From: Candidatus Krumholzibacteriia bacterium
GTDB taxonomy: Bacteria; Krumholzibacteriota; Krumholzibacteriia; LZORAL124-64-63
Assembly (NCBI GenBank): GCA_036351155.1
Contig: JAZBOO010000163.1
Span: forward strand, 9,821 to 73,820
Reading direction: 5' to 3'
DNA length: 64,000 nt
Within the stretch, counting starts at the first letter, position 1, and every line of letters starts with the position of its first letter. The notes below the pieces were generated by a model. The model had not been told where the DNA came from, searched no databases, and worked only from the letters and a program-made list of their open reading frames with translations. The position numbers were made by a program, and so were the translations under genes. This document shows, in pieces, positions 9,518 to 19,600 of this stretch.

Positions 9518-10378
9518 ATGAGTTCATCTCAAGAATTGAATCAACTGGCCCAGCTCGGCGATGACGAGCTCTGCGACGCGCTTGCGCAGTATCCCAACCT
9601 GCCCCGCCATGTGGCCATCATCATGGATGGGAACGGGCGGTGGGCCAAGAAGCGTTTCTTGCCCCGGGTGGCCGGCCATCGTGCCGGACGGCATGCGGTG
9701 CGGCGGTGCGTGGAAACCTGCGGTCGGCTGGGCATCGGGTATTTGACCCTGTACACCTTCAGCCAGGAAAACTTCGGCCGCCCCGAGGCCGAGGTCAAAG
9801 CCCTCTGGCACTTTCTCCAGGAAAGCCTGATTGCCGAGCGGGATGATCTGCAGCGGCGGAATGTCCGTCTGGTGGCCTCGGGCGATCTGGAACAGCTGCC
9901 CGAACCGGCGCGCCGGGGATTGCAGGAGGTCATCGCCTCTCTGGCCGGCAACACCGGGCTGACCTTGAATCTGGCGCTGGCTTACGGGGGACGTCAGGAG
10001 ATCCTGAGTGCCACCCGTCGCCTGGCCGCCAAGGTGGCCCAGGGTGAGCTGGAACTGGACCAGATCGATGAGGCCACCTTTGCCCAGCAGCTCTACAGCC
10101 CCGAGGTGCCGGATCCCGACCTCCTGATCAGGACCAGCGGGGAAGGTCGCCTGAGCAATTTTCTGCTCTGGCAATCGGCCTACGCCGAGTTCCTGTTCAC
10201 GCCAGTTCTGTGGCCGGATTTCAAGGAGCGAGACCTGTTGCAGGCTCTCCTGGATTATCTGGGCCGGGAGCGTCGCTTCGGCGCCCTGAGCGAGACCTCC
10301 GATGCCCTCGACGGATCCGACCCCGAATCGGTGTTCGACGCCGCCCGCTGGAAGCGACTGCTCAAGGTGCGGTCGTGA
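9518..10378 (+). CDS. uppS: Undecaprenyl diphosphate synthase
   Basis: HVAIIMDGNGRWA, FSQEN, YGGRQEI, DLLIRTSGE.RLSNFLLWQ. Confidence 0.96.
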   Translation: MSSSQELNQLAQLGDDELCDALAQYPNLPRHVAIIMDGNGRWAKKRFLPRVAGHRAGRHAVRRCVETCGRLGIGYLTLYTFSQENFGRPEAEVKALWHFLQESLIAERDDLQRRNVRLVASGDLEQLPEPARRGLQEVIASLAGNTGLTLNLALAYGGRQEILSATRRLAAKVAQGELELDQIDEATFAQQLYSPEVPDPDLLIRTSGEGRLSNFLLWQSAYAEFLFTPVLWPDFKERDLLQALLDYLGRERRFGALSETSDALDGSDPESVFDAARWKRLLKVRS

Positions 10379-11256
10379 CGGATCCTTCCACACAGTCCCC
10401 GGCTGCTCGCGGCAGTGCATTTCAGCGTTTCTTGAAGGCGGGGATCGTACCCCGACTGGCTGTCATCCTGGTGGGGGTGCCCTGTCTATTCGTGATCACC
10501 CTGCGTGGTGGGGTTTTCTTTCTGCTCCTGGTTTCGCTGATCATTTTTCTGGGATTGCGCGAGTTTTACCAGCTGATGAAGGCCAAGGGGTACCAGCCCT
10601 TCGAGGCCCTGGGCTATTTCTGTGCCCTGGCCATCAGCGTCTATGCCTGGCGGCAGGGCCTGGCCGTGCCTCTCATCCTGACCGGCAGCCTGCTGGCCAT
10701 CATGATCCGTGAAGTCTTCCGCAAGGAAATGGCCCGGTCGCTGGACCACATGGCCGTGACGGTGTTCGGCATCATGTACGTGGGGTGGCTGGGCAGCCAT
10801 CTGGTCACCTTGCGGCAGTTGCCGGCGGCCGTGGGCGTCGAGGACAACATCGGGGCCCGCCTGGTTTTTCTGGCTGCCCTTCTGACCTGGGCCACCGATA
10901 CCGCGGCCTATCTGTTCGGGGTGGCCTTTGGCCGCCACAAGCTGATCCCCCGGATCAGCCCCAACAAGACCGTCGAGGGTGGGGTGGGCGGTTTACTGGG
11001 CGCGGCCCTGGTGGGCTGGATCTGCACCCGCACCTTCACGCCTTTCCTGACCCCTTTCGCAGGAGTCATGCTGGGCCTGGCCGTGGGGGTAGTGGCTCAA
11101 CTGGGTGACCTGGTCGAGTCGCTCATCAAGCGGGACGCAGGGCTCAAGGATTCGGCCGAACTGATTCCCGGTCATGGCGGCGTCCTCGACCGGTTCGATT
11201 CCCTGCTTTTCACTGTGCCGGTGCTGTACTACTACTTCCGGCTGTTCATCTTATGA
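10375..11256 (+). CDS. cdsA: Phosphatidate cytidylyltransferase
   Basis: Multi-TM; ISPNKTVEG, GDLVESLIKR, KDS...PGHGGVLDRFDS. GTG overlaps the uppS stop. Confidence 0.95.
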   Translation: MTDPSTQSPAARGSAFQRFLKAGIVPRLAVILVGVPCLFVITLRGGVFFLLLVSLIIFLGLREFYQLMKAKGYQPFEALGYFCALAISVYAWRQGLAVPLILTGSLLAIMIREVFRKEMARSLDHMAVTVFGIMYVGWLGSHLVTLRQLPAAVGVEDNIGARLVFLAALLTWATDTAAYLFGVAFGRHKLIPRISPNKTVEGGVGGLLGAALVGWICTRTFTPFLTPFAGVMLGLAVGVVAQLGDLVESLIKRDAGLKDSAELIPGHGGVLDRFDSLLFTVPVLYYYFRLFIL

Positions 11257-11287
11257 TGCCCCAGGTGGGAGTGTAGACGGCGTGGCC

Positions 11288-12550
11288 ATGAGCTCCAGAA
11301 ATGACAATCCCCGGGCTCTGTATCGCTGCGGTGCGCCGCGTCTGGTATTGCCGTCTCCCCTGCGCCTGGTCATCCTGGGTGCCACGGGGTCCATCGGGCG
11401 GCAAACCCTGGACCTGGTTTCTCGCTATCCCGAGCGCCTCGAGGTGGCCGGGCTCAGTTGCCATGGGCGCGTCGAGGATCTGGCGGCCATCGTCGAGGAA
11501 CTGCACCGGCTTTTTCCTGATCTGCCGGGTCCGCTGTTGACGGTGACCGACCCCGCAGCCCACGCCCGGGCCGCACGGGATCCGCGCCTGAAAGATCGGC
11601 TGCTGGGGGCGGGGCCTGCCGGATTGCGGGATCTGGTGGCCTCCTGCGAGGACGCCCACTGCCTGGTGAACGGGCTGGTGGGCGCTGTGGGGCTGGAGCC
11701 CACCCTGACCGCCGCCGCGCGGGGAATGCGCATCGCCCTGGCCAACAAGGAGTCGCTGGTGGTGGGCGGCGACCTGGTGCGGCAGGCGGTGCAGCAGGGC
11801 GGCGCCGAAGTTCTGCCCGTGGATTCGGAACATTCCGCCATGGCCCAGTGTTTGAGTGGAAGGTGTGCGTCCGAGGTGGCTCGGCTGATCCTGACCGCCT
11901 CGGGTGGTCCTTTCCGGGAGACCCCGGCGGCCGAGCTGGCCACCGTCACCCTGGAGCAGGTCCTCGACCATCCCACCTGGAACATGGGGCCCAAGATCAC
12001 CGTCGACTCGGCCACCCTGATGAACAAGGGGCTGGAAGTCATCGAGGCCCACCACCTGTTCGGTCTGGCCTACGCGGATATCGACGTGGTGGTGCACCCC
12101 GGGTCGTACGTGCACTCGCTGGTCGAGTTTGTCGACGGCGCGTTGCTGGCCCAGCTGGGCACGCCCGATATGCGGCTGCCCCTGCTGTACGCCATCAGCG
12201 GTGAGGAGCACTGGGAGCTGGGCGGTGACCGCCTGGATCTGGAAAAGATCGGGCAGCTGCACTTCGCCGCGCCCGACCTGGAACGGTTCCCCTGCCTGCG
12301 GCTGGCCCGCCAGGCCGGAGAGGCGGGACAGGGTGCGACCATCGTCCTGAACGCAGCCAACGAGATCGCGGTGGCGGCTTTGCTGGCCCATCGCCTCGGT
12401 TACACCGATATTGCCCGGATTGTCGAACGTACCCTGTCCGCCCTGTCGTCCCCGGTGATTCCGGACCTGGCCACGGCACTTGCGGTTGATCAACAAGCCC
12501 GAGAAACTGCGGAACGGCTCATTGCCGATCTGTGTGGTTCCGGCGCGTGA
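11288..12550 (+). CDS. dxr: 1-deoxy-D-xylulose 5-phosphate reductoisomerase
   Basis: LGATGSIG, LANKESLV, PVDSEHSA, LTASGGPF, WNMGPKITVDSATLMNKGLE. Confidence 0.96.
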   Translation: MSSRNDNPRALYRCGAPRLVLPSPLRLVILGATGSIGRQTLDLVSRYPERLEVAGLSCHGRVEDLAAIVEELHRLFPDLPGPLLTVTDPAAHARAARDPRLKDRLLGAGPAGLRDLVASCEDAHCLVNGLVGAVGLEPTLTAAARGMRIALANKESLVVGGDLVRQAVQQGGAEVLPVDSEHSAMAQCLSGRCASEVARLILTASGGPFRETPAAELATVTLEQVLDHPTWNMGPKITVDSATLMNKGLEVIEAHHLFGLAYADIDVVVHPGSYVHSLVEFVDGALLAQLGTPDMRLPLLYAISGEEHWELGGDRLDLEKIGQLHFAAPDLERFPCLRLARQAGEAGQGATIVLNAANEIAVAALLAHRLGYTDIARIVERTLSALSSPVIPDLATALAVDQQARETAERLIADLCGSGA

Positions 12551-12558
12551 GGTAAAAA

Positions 12559-13965
12559 TTGTCCCCGAACACGCTGTACATCATCCTGGCTTTCCTGCTG
12601 ACCCTGGGCACCGTCGTGGTCATCCACGAGCTGGGCCATTTCCTGTTCTGCAAGCTCTTCGGGGTCTACGTCAAGACCTTCTCCATCGGCATCGGGCCCA
12701 AGCTGCTCAAGAAGCGCTGGGGCGAGACCGAGTACACCATCAGCGCCATTCCCTTTGGCGGCTACGTGAAGATGGCGGGCGAGGGCATGATGGAGGAAAT
12801 CCAGGACACCGGAACCTGGGAGGGGCGCAAGTACCCCCTGGGCACCGAGGAGGGGAACAAGGAAGCGGCGGGCATCGATGCGGACATTCCCCCGGAGCGC
12901 CTGTTCTTCAACCGGCCCGCCCATGAACGGTTGCTGGTCTTCATTGCGGGGCCCCTGTTCAACCTGGTGCTGGCCTACCTGGTGTTCACCGGGCTGATCC
13001 TGTCCCAGGGTTTGACTTTCGACCCGGTCACGGAAATCGGTCAGGTGCGGACCGGCTCGGCTGCCGCCGAGGCGGGTCTCCGTCAGGGTGATGTGATCAC
13101 GGCCGTGAACGGCACCGAGGTCACATCGTGGGACGAAGCCTGGCTGGCCCTCATGGTGACCGACCCGGACCAGGAGGAGAGGCCGGAGGGCAACATCGTG
13201 ACCTTGCAGCGGGACGGGGCTCTCCTGGAGATCGCCTTGCCCTTGCAGGGTGAAGGCGGCCTGCAGTACAACGATCTGGAGTCGGCCAACACCACCATCG
13301 GTCGCGTGCAGACCGGCGGACTTGCCGATGAACTGGGATTGCGGCAGGGCGACATCATCACCTCGGTCCAGGACACGATGGTCCATTCCTTCGGCATGAT
13401 TGCCGGGATCATCAACCAGCGCCCGGGTATGGAAACTCATCTGACCTGGGTGCGCGACGGTCAGGCCATGAGCGGCGTGGTGATTCCCGAGGACCATGAG
13501 GTGGCCCCGGGGGTGACCAAGGGGCGCATTTTCATCGAGAGCATGAAGGAGTCGCGCAAGGTCGGCCTGTTCGAGGGGTTGGCGCTGGGCTATCGACAGA
13601 CCAGTTTCACGGTGAAATATATCCTGCAGTCCCTGTGGGATCTGGTCAGCCGAAAACTGGGGCTGGGCAGTGTGGGTGGCCCCTTGCGGATCGGTCAGGC
13701 TGCGGGCGATATGCTGCGCTGGGGCTTCGACCGTCTGTTGAATTTCATCGCCTTCTTCTCGGTCAACCTTTTCCTGCTGAACCTGCTGCCCATTCCCGTG
13801 CTGGACGGAGGGCATGTGCTGTTCCTGCTGGTCGAGGTGGCCAGGGGGGGCAAGCCGGTTCCCGAGCGCATCCAGGCCATTGCCACGCAGCTGGGGCTGA
13901 TCATCCTGCTGCTGTTCATGACCTTCGTGTTCTTCTGGGACATCTGGAAGGTTTCCGGTCACTGA
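12559..13965 (+). CDS. rseP: RIP metalloprotease RseP (M50, two PDZ domains)
   Basis: HELGH, PFGGYVKM, AGPLFN, NLLPIPVLDGG. Confidence 0.95.
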   Translation: MSPNTLYIILAFLLTLGTVVVIHELGHFLFCKLFGVYVKTFSIGIGPKLLKKRWGETEYTISAIPFGGYVKMAGEGMMEEIQDTGTWEGRKYPLGTEEGNKEAAGIDADIPPERLFFNRPAHERLLVFIAGPLFNLVLAYLVFTGLILSQGLTFDPVTEIGQVRTGSAAAEAGLRQGDVITAVNGTEVTSWDEAWLALMVTDPDQEERPEGNIVTLQRDGALLEIALPLQGEGGLQYNDLESANTTIGRVQTGGLADELGLRQGDIITSVQDTMVHSFGMIAGIINQRPGMETHLTWVRDGQAMSGVVIPEDHEVAPGVTKGRIFIESMKESRKVGLFEGLALGYRQTSFTVKYILQSLWDLVSRKLGLGSVGGPLRIGQAAGDMLRWGFDRLLNFIAFFSVNLFLLNLLPIPVLDGGHVLFLLVEVARGGKPVPERIQAIATQLGLIILLLFMTFVFFWDIWKVSGH

Positions 13966-14438
13966 TTCTGATCGGCGGCCTCACCGGTATCGTCGATTTC
14001 AGTGCCGTCGTCCGGCTCCCGGCTCTCCTTCTCCTCGGGGGACAAGGGGCGGGGCAGGGGCTGGTGCAGGCGGTCCGGGCGAGGTGCGTTCACCAGGGAG
14101 TCGACCTCGGTGTCCAGGATGTCGAACAGAAGCTGGTGGACCAGCTTGGCCCGCCGCGGATCGCCCGGGGCCAGGGCCTCGGTGTCCCGCTGGGCGCTGT
14201 CTCCCCAGGCTGTGGCCAGGGAATCCAGCAGGGCGTCTCCGGTGGGACGATCCACCACGGCCACGGCCTTGGCCCTTTCCAGGGTGACGAAGCGCTGGAT
14301 ATACAGGTACTCGTCGGGGGTCAGGTCCTCGAGGGTCAAGGGGGGCGGATCTCCGGAGTCGCAGCCGGCCACGAGACAGCAAAGCCCCAGGAAAACGAAG
14401 GTCAGCTTGTTCAGTCGGTGACGCGAGTACGGGAACAT
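13959..14438 (-). CDS. Hypothetical lipoprotein
   Basis: Basic N-terminus, hydrophobic stretch and lipobox LVAG-C; helical body and acidic tail. Divergent from tamA. Confidence 0.65.
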   Translation of the reverse strand: MFPYSRHRLNKLTFVFLGLCCLVAGCDSGDPPPLTLEDLTPDEYLYIQRFVTLERAKAVAVVDRPTGDALLDSLATAWGDSAQRDTEALAPGDPRRAKLVHQLLFDILDTEVDSLVNAPRPDRLHQPLPRPLSPEEKESREPDDGTEIDDTGEAADQNQ

Positions 14439-14567
14439 GGGATGATCAGCCTCGGGATTCGGGTGAATGGGACCGGGCCTGGGCGGGGGCGCCGTCAGAC
14501 CCGTGAGAATTAACACTGTCGAGTTTTCATTGCCAGGCTTTTTCCCTGCGGAAGTCGAGCACGAGGA

Positions 14568-16688
14568 TTGATCCGGGCACCAAGGGCAACACACGTGGAT
14601 TCTCTCCCACGGTTTTCAGAAACCGGGACGCTCCTCATTTTCGCCCTGCTGATTCTGGGCTGCACCATGCTTTTGCCAGGGGTTGCGGTGGCCGACGAGG
14701 AACTGGACTATGGTCTGGAAACCCACCGCCTGGCCCGGATCCAGCTCACGGGAAACACCACCTTCTCGGACAATGATCTCAAAGGTGTCCTGCGCATCCA
14801 GGAACCCTCCTGGACCCGCCCCCTGAATACCCCGACCTACCGCCCTCACCTGGTGGACACCCAGGTCAACCTGATCAAGAACTACTACCGGAACCGGGGG
14901 TTCCATCAGGTTCGGGCCGATCTCGATTCCATCACCACCCTGCCCGACAAGGGCGATGTTCTGCACATCTCCATCACCGAGGGAATGCGGACCATGATCC
15001 GCCGGGTCACTCTCTCGGACACCACCGCCGTGGGCGCAGCGGCCCTGCGCCAGGTCATGTACCTGAAAGAGGGCCGGCCGGCTCCCGCCGATCTCAACGG
15101 TTTCGGTGCCGACATCTACGCCATGCGGGATGTTCTGCGCAATGCCACCTTTCTGCAGGCGGTGGTGGTCCCTTCGATGTCCATCATCCCGAATGCCACC
15201 GCCACGGGTTTTTTGGCCGATGTGGACTACCGGATAGAGCCCGGTCCTTCCTTCTCGGTGGGGAAAATTGTGCTGCGGGGCAATGACAACACACAGGATA
15301 ATCTCCTGACCCGGGAAATGGATATCGCGGCGGGTGATCCGCTGCGCTGGAGCAAGGTCGAGGATTCCCGGCGGCAGCTTCTGGTCACGTCCTTGTTCCG
15401 GGATGTGAGTATTTCTCCGGTGAGGGTGGATACCTTGCGTGGAGTGGCCGATCTCAGGGTCCAGGTGATCGAGCGCCGGCCCGCCTTCTACGAGGTGGGT
15501 GTGGGGGTCGGCAGCCTGGAGCGTATTCGTCTGCTGGCGGCCTGGGGTCACAACAATCTGTGGGGAACTGGTCGGCGGGTCCAGCTGCGCGCCCGGACCG
15601 CCTGGAACCTGGAAGATGTGGTGGGCACTCCGTCCAGCTTCAACGAAGGGCAGATCAACTTCTGGGTCGATGCCGACTACGTGAACCCCCGCATCAGGGA
15701 CAGCCGTTACAGTTTCGATCTGGGCATCTACCTGAAAAGAGAAACCCGCGGGGAGTCGGGACTTAATCTGGCCACCCATGGGTTCAACGTGGGGACCACC
15801 TGGAAGGCCAGCCGGCGGGTGACCAACAATGTCTACCTGGGCCTGAAGATCTCCGATCCCAGCGTGCATCCCTATGCGCCGGATGACCTGAAGGATCGAT
15901 TCGCCCAGACCGGCGTGGCCCTGTCCCAGACCCGTTCCTGGAACTGGGGCATCTACATCGACCACCGGGACGACCTGTACCGACCCACCGGTGGGATGTA
16001 CACCACGGCCACGGCCAAGCTGGCCGGCGGTATCATGGGTGGGGACTTCAGCTTCTTCCGCTGGTCCGCCGCCTGGCACAACTATCACTCCATGCCTGTG
16101 GGGGGAGTGCTGGCCCTGAGGTTCATGGTGGGTGGTGCCCGTCCCTATGGCCGCTCCCTGGATCTGGGGGCCGACGGGGTGCCCTACGATGACCGTTTCT
16201 TTGCCGGGGGCGCCTCCACGGTGCGGGGTTATGGCCACAACAGCCTGGGCCCCCAGGTGCAGGATCAGGAAGAGCTGGACTTTCTGAACTATACCTCGGA
16301 AAACCTGTTGCCCGACAATCCCGCCCGCGGGGGCAACTACCTGATGCTGACCAATGTCGAGTACCGCTTTCCTTTGCCGTTGTTGAAACGCTGGAAACTG
16401 TCCAGCGTGATATTTTTCGAGGGAGGCAACGTCTGGGCCGAGGCGGGAGATATCCGCATGGAGGCCTTCCGGCTGACCTCCGATCCTGGCGATCCCCTGG
16501 ATCCCGGCTCGACCAAGAGCTGGGACTACCGTTACAGTTATGGCACGGGTGTGCGTCTGGACACGCCCATCGGACCGGTGCGGGTCGATGTGGGTTTTCC
16601 CCTGAAGCGGGCGAACTACGTGTCGGCCGATCGCAACGTGACCGACCCGAAAACTGTCTGGCACTTTTCCCTGGGGTACCCGTTTTGA
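14568..16688 (+). CDS. tamA: Omp85-family outer membrane protein, TamA-like (about 3 POTRA domains plus barrel)
   Basis: Signal peptide; POTRA motifs (GNTTFSD, YRNRGF, GNDNT), HNNLWG, FFAGGASTVRGY, TPIGPVRVD, C-terminal GYPF; coupled to tamB. Confidence 0.85.
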   Translation: MIRAPRATHVDSLPRFSETGTLLIFALLILGCTMLLPGVAVADEELDYGLETHRLARIQLTGNTTFSDNDLKGVLRIQEPSWTRPLNTPTYRPHLVDTQVNLIKNYYRNRGFHQVRADLDSITTLPDKGDVLHISITEGMRTMIRRVTLSDTTAVGAAALRQVMYLKEGRPAPADLNGFGADIYAMRDVLRNATFLQAVVVPSMSIIPNATATGFLADVDYRIEPGPSFSVGKIVLRGNDNTQDNLLTREMDIAAGDPLRWSKVEDSRRQLLVTSLFRDVSISPVRVDTLRGVADLRVQVIERRPAFYEVGVGVGSLERIRLLAAWGHNNLWGTGRRVQLRARTAWNLEDVVGTPSSFNEGQINFWVDADYVNPRIRDSRYSFDLGIYLKRETRGESGLNLATHGFNVGTTWKASRRVTNNVYLGLKISDPSVHPYAPDDLKDRFAQTGVALSQTRSWNWGIYIDHRDDLYRPTGGMYTTATAKLAGGIMGGDFSFFRWSAAWHNYHSMPVGGVLALRFMVGGARPYGRSLDLGADGVPYDDRFFAGGASTVRGYGHNSLGPQVQDQEELDFLNYTSENLLPDNPARGGNYLMLTNVEYRFPLPLLKRWKLSSVIFFEGGNVWAEAGDIRMEAFRLTSDPGDPLDPGSTKSWDYRYSYGTGVRLDTPIGPVRVDVGFPLKRANYVSADRNVTDPKTVWHFSLGYPF

Positions 16689-19600
16689 TGCGCTGGGTCA
16701 AACCCGCCAAGTTGCCGGTGATCATCGCCTGGCTGATCATCCTCGGGGTGGTTGGCTGGTTGAGCATGAACCCCCGCTTCGTGGCTCCCTATGCCTCCCG
16801 ACTGGTGGGACGCCACCTCCTGGGCATCGAAGAAGGGGGGCTGCAGGTACGGGATTTCCGGGTCCGGATTTTCGAGGGGATGGACCTGTATGGCGTGAGC
16901 CTGACCCTGCCCAGCGCCTCCGGAGGAATGACCCTGGCCTCGGCCGACACCGTGGAGGTGGATTTCCTGGGCCAGGATCTGCTGGCCTACGTGCCGCGCC
17001 TGCGGCGGGTGGTCATCAGCCGGCCCGAGATTTTTTCCCGGAGTGGGACGGATACTCTCGGGCAGTCTGATCCCGGGGCCCCCGAAGAGATGCGCGGTTT
17101 TCCCCGGATTCTGATCGAGCACCTTGAGATCCGGGAGGGATTCTTCGAGTTCTCCGGAACGGACGGCAAGGTGACCGAGGAAATTTCCCGACTGGACTGG
17201 AGCGGCTCGGTGCGGTCGGACGAGGAAGTGGCTCTGGAGCTGCATCGTTGCGCCATTCACTGGACATCACGCCAGAGCATTCTGGAGAATCTGCGTGGCC
17301 AGGTGGTGATCGACCGGGAACAGATCAAGGTGTCTCCGGTTTACGGCACCCTCAATGGCCACGATGCCCGGGTGACCGGGACGCGCCGCTGGTCGCAGGA
17401 ACTGGATATTGCCGTCCTGGGACAGGGTGTGAGCGTGGCGGAGATCGAAGATCTCATCGACATGACCATCGGGTTCAACGCCAGGGGCAACATTGCCGGT
17501 TCGTTTGTTGCCGCCAACGACACCCTGACCTATGCGGGGACTTTCACCGGTGAACTGGAAGGCTACCAGGTCGAACAGTTGACCGGCCAGGCGGTGGTGG
17601 GCTCGGAGGATGTCCTGCTGTCCGACCTGGCGGGGGTGATCAATGGGGCCTCCTTCACCGGTGGCGGACATTTCGATATCAGCCGACAGGACAGCGTGTC
17701 CTTCGTTCTGGAGGGCGAGGTGCAGGATGTGGATCTGGCCAAGGGGCTGATCCCCGAAGAGGACGATCTCCCGGTGACCGATGGTCGGGGTTATCTGCGC
17801 ATCGAGCATACCGATCTGCCCCTCTGGACCCGGGTCACCGGCACCCTGCACGACGGGTTCATCGAGATCATCCCCTTCGACACCTGCCGGGTTGATGTGG
17901 TGGCCCTGGGCGACGAGGTTCATTTCAACCGGGTGGAACTGGACTACCGCCATCTCAACGCCGTGCTCGAAGGTGTTTCGGACTCCCGTCAGGTTTTCTC
18001 CGGGGATCTGACGGCTCAATCCGCGGACGTGACCACCTTGCCCAGAGAATGGGGCTGGCCCGCGCTTTCGGGGCAGATGCGTGGCCAGGGCTCGCTCCAC
18101 GGCCTGCTGGATGACCTGGATTTCACCGGCGTGGTGACCCTGGACAGCCTGGGCCTGGGGCCCGTGGCCGCCCGGACCAGCCGGGCCAATCTTCAAGTGA
18201 AGCGGGTGCTGGGTGATCCGCTGATCACCGCAGCGGTCCTGGGCCAGGGGCTGTCGCTGGGTGGGGTTCCCTTCGGCGATTTTCGCCTGGAAGGGTCAGC
18301 ATCCTCTCAGATGGCGGTGATCGATACCTTCACGGCTGTGTATGGCGATACCAGCGTGGGTTTCGACCTCAGTGCCGTGTTCACCGACACCCTGCAGCTT
18401 TTTTCTCTCGACTCGTACAGCCATCTTCTCGAGGGCACGGCCTGGTCCATCAACGAACCGGTCGCTTTCAGCCTCCGGCCCGGGTTCTTCCATCTGCCGG
18501 CCCTGTTGCTGGAGTCGGAGCAGGGCGTGCTGGCCATGGAGGCCCTGTATCACGAAGGGCGTGAGGTCTCCGGTAGCCTGCTGCTCGAGGAGTTCGATCT
18601 GGGCCTGCTGGATCCCTTTCTGAGGAGCGATGAACCACTGACCGGCAAAATCACCGCCGATGTGCGGGTGTCGGGCCGTCCTGATGATCCGGTGGTCCAG
18701 CTTTCGGGACTGCTGACGGACAGCTCTTTCCGGCTGGCCCGGGTGGATTCGCTGCAGGTCGATGCCAGCTTCAATCAGGGCACCGTCTGGCTCAATCGGG
18801 TTGATCTGGCCAGTGAATTCGGGGGACTGGAAGTCGTGGGCACCGTGGCTCACCCGGGGGCGGGAGTGGAGGATTTCTGGCCCGATGCGGAACTCGATCT
18901 CGACCTGGTGGTGCACCAGGGCGACTGGGCTTTCCTGGAGCAGTTTGCCATTCCGGCTCTGGACCGTCTGGCGGGGACCTTTGATGGTCAGATCCAGGTG
19001 GCCGGGACCACCAGCAGTCCGCTGATCGAGGGTCAGGTTTTCAGCGCGCCATTTCACGTCCACTGGTTGCATCTGGATCAGCTGACCGGAACCATCTGGG
19101 CCGACAGCGACGCCCTGGTCCTGGCCGATCTGAAGGGGAACAAGCATGATCTGGCCCTCACGGGTCGGCTGGAGATTCCCGTGGACCTGGATTTCCTGAG
19201 CGAGCCTGTTACCCCCCTGGATGAACCTTTCTACATGCAGCTGGAGATTCCCGCGAACAGCAACCTGGCCCCCCTGGCTCAGGCCACCAACGCCTTCGTT
19301 CAGACTTCGGGCCGTGGGTCGGCTCACGTGGTGGTCTCCGGCCCCCTGGTTCACCCGTATTATCAGGGAGAACTGCAGATCCGTGAGGCGGGTTTCGTGC
19401 TGCGGGATCTCGAGGAGATCTACCGCGAGGCCAGCTGTGACGGAACGTTCCAGGGAGATGTCCTGGAGGTGAAGAACATCCGGGGACAGGAGGGTTTGCG
19501 GGGCACCTTCGAGGGCGAAGGCCAGGTCGTGTTCAAGGGCCTGGAACTGGAAAGCTTCGACATCAAGCTGAACCTGGACCGTTTCCTGCTGGCCAGCATT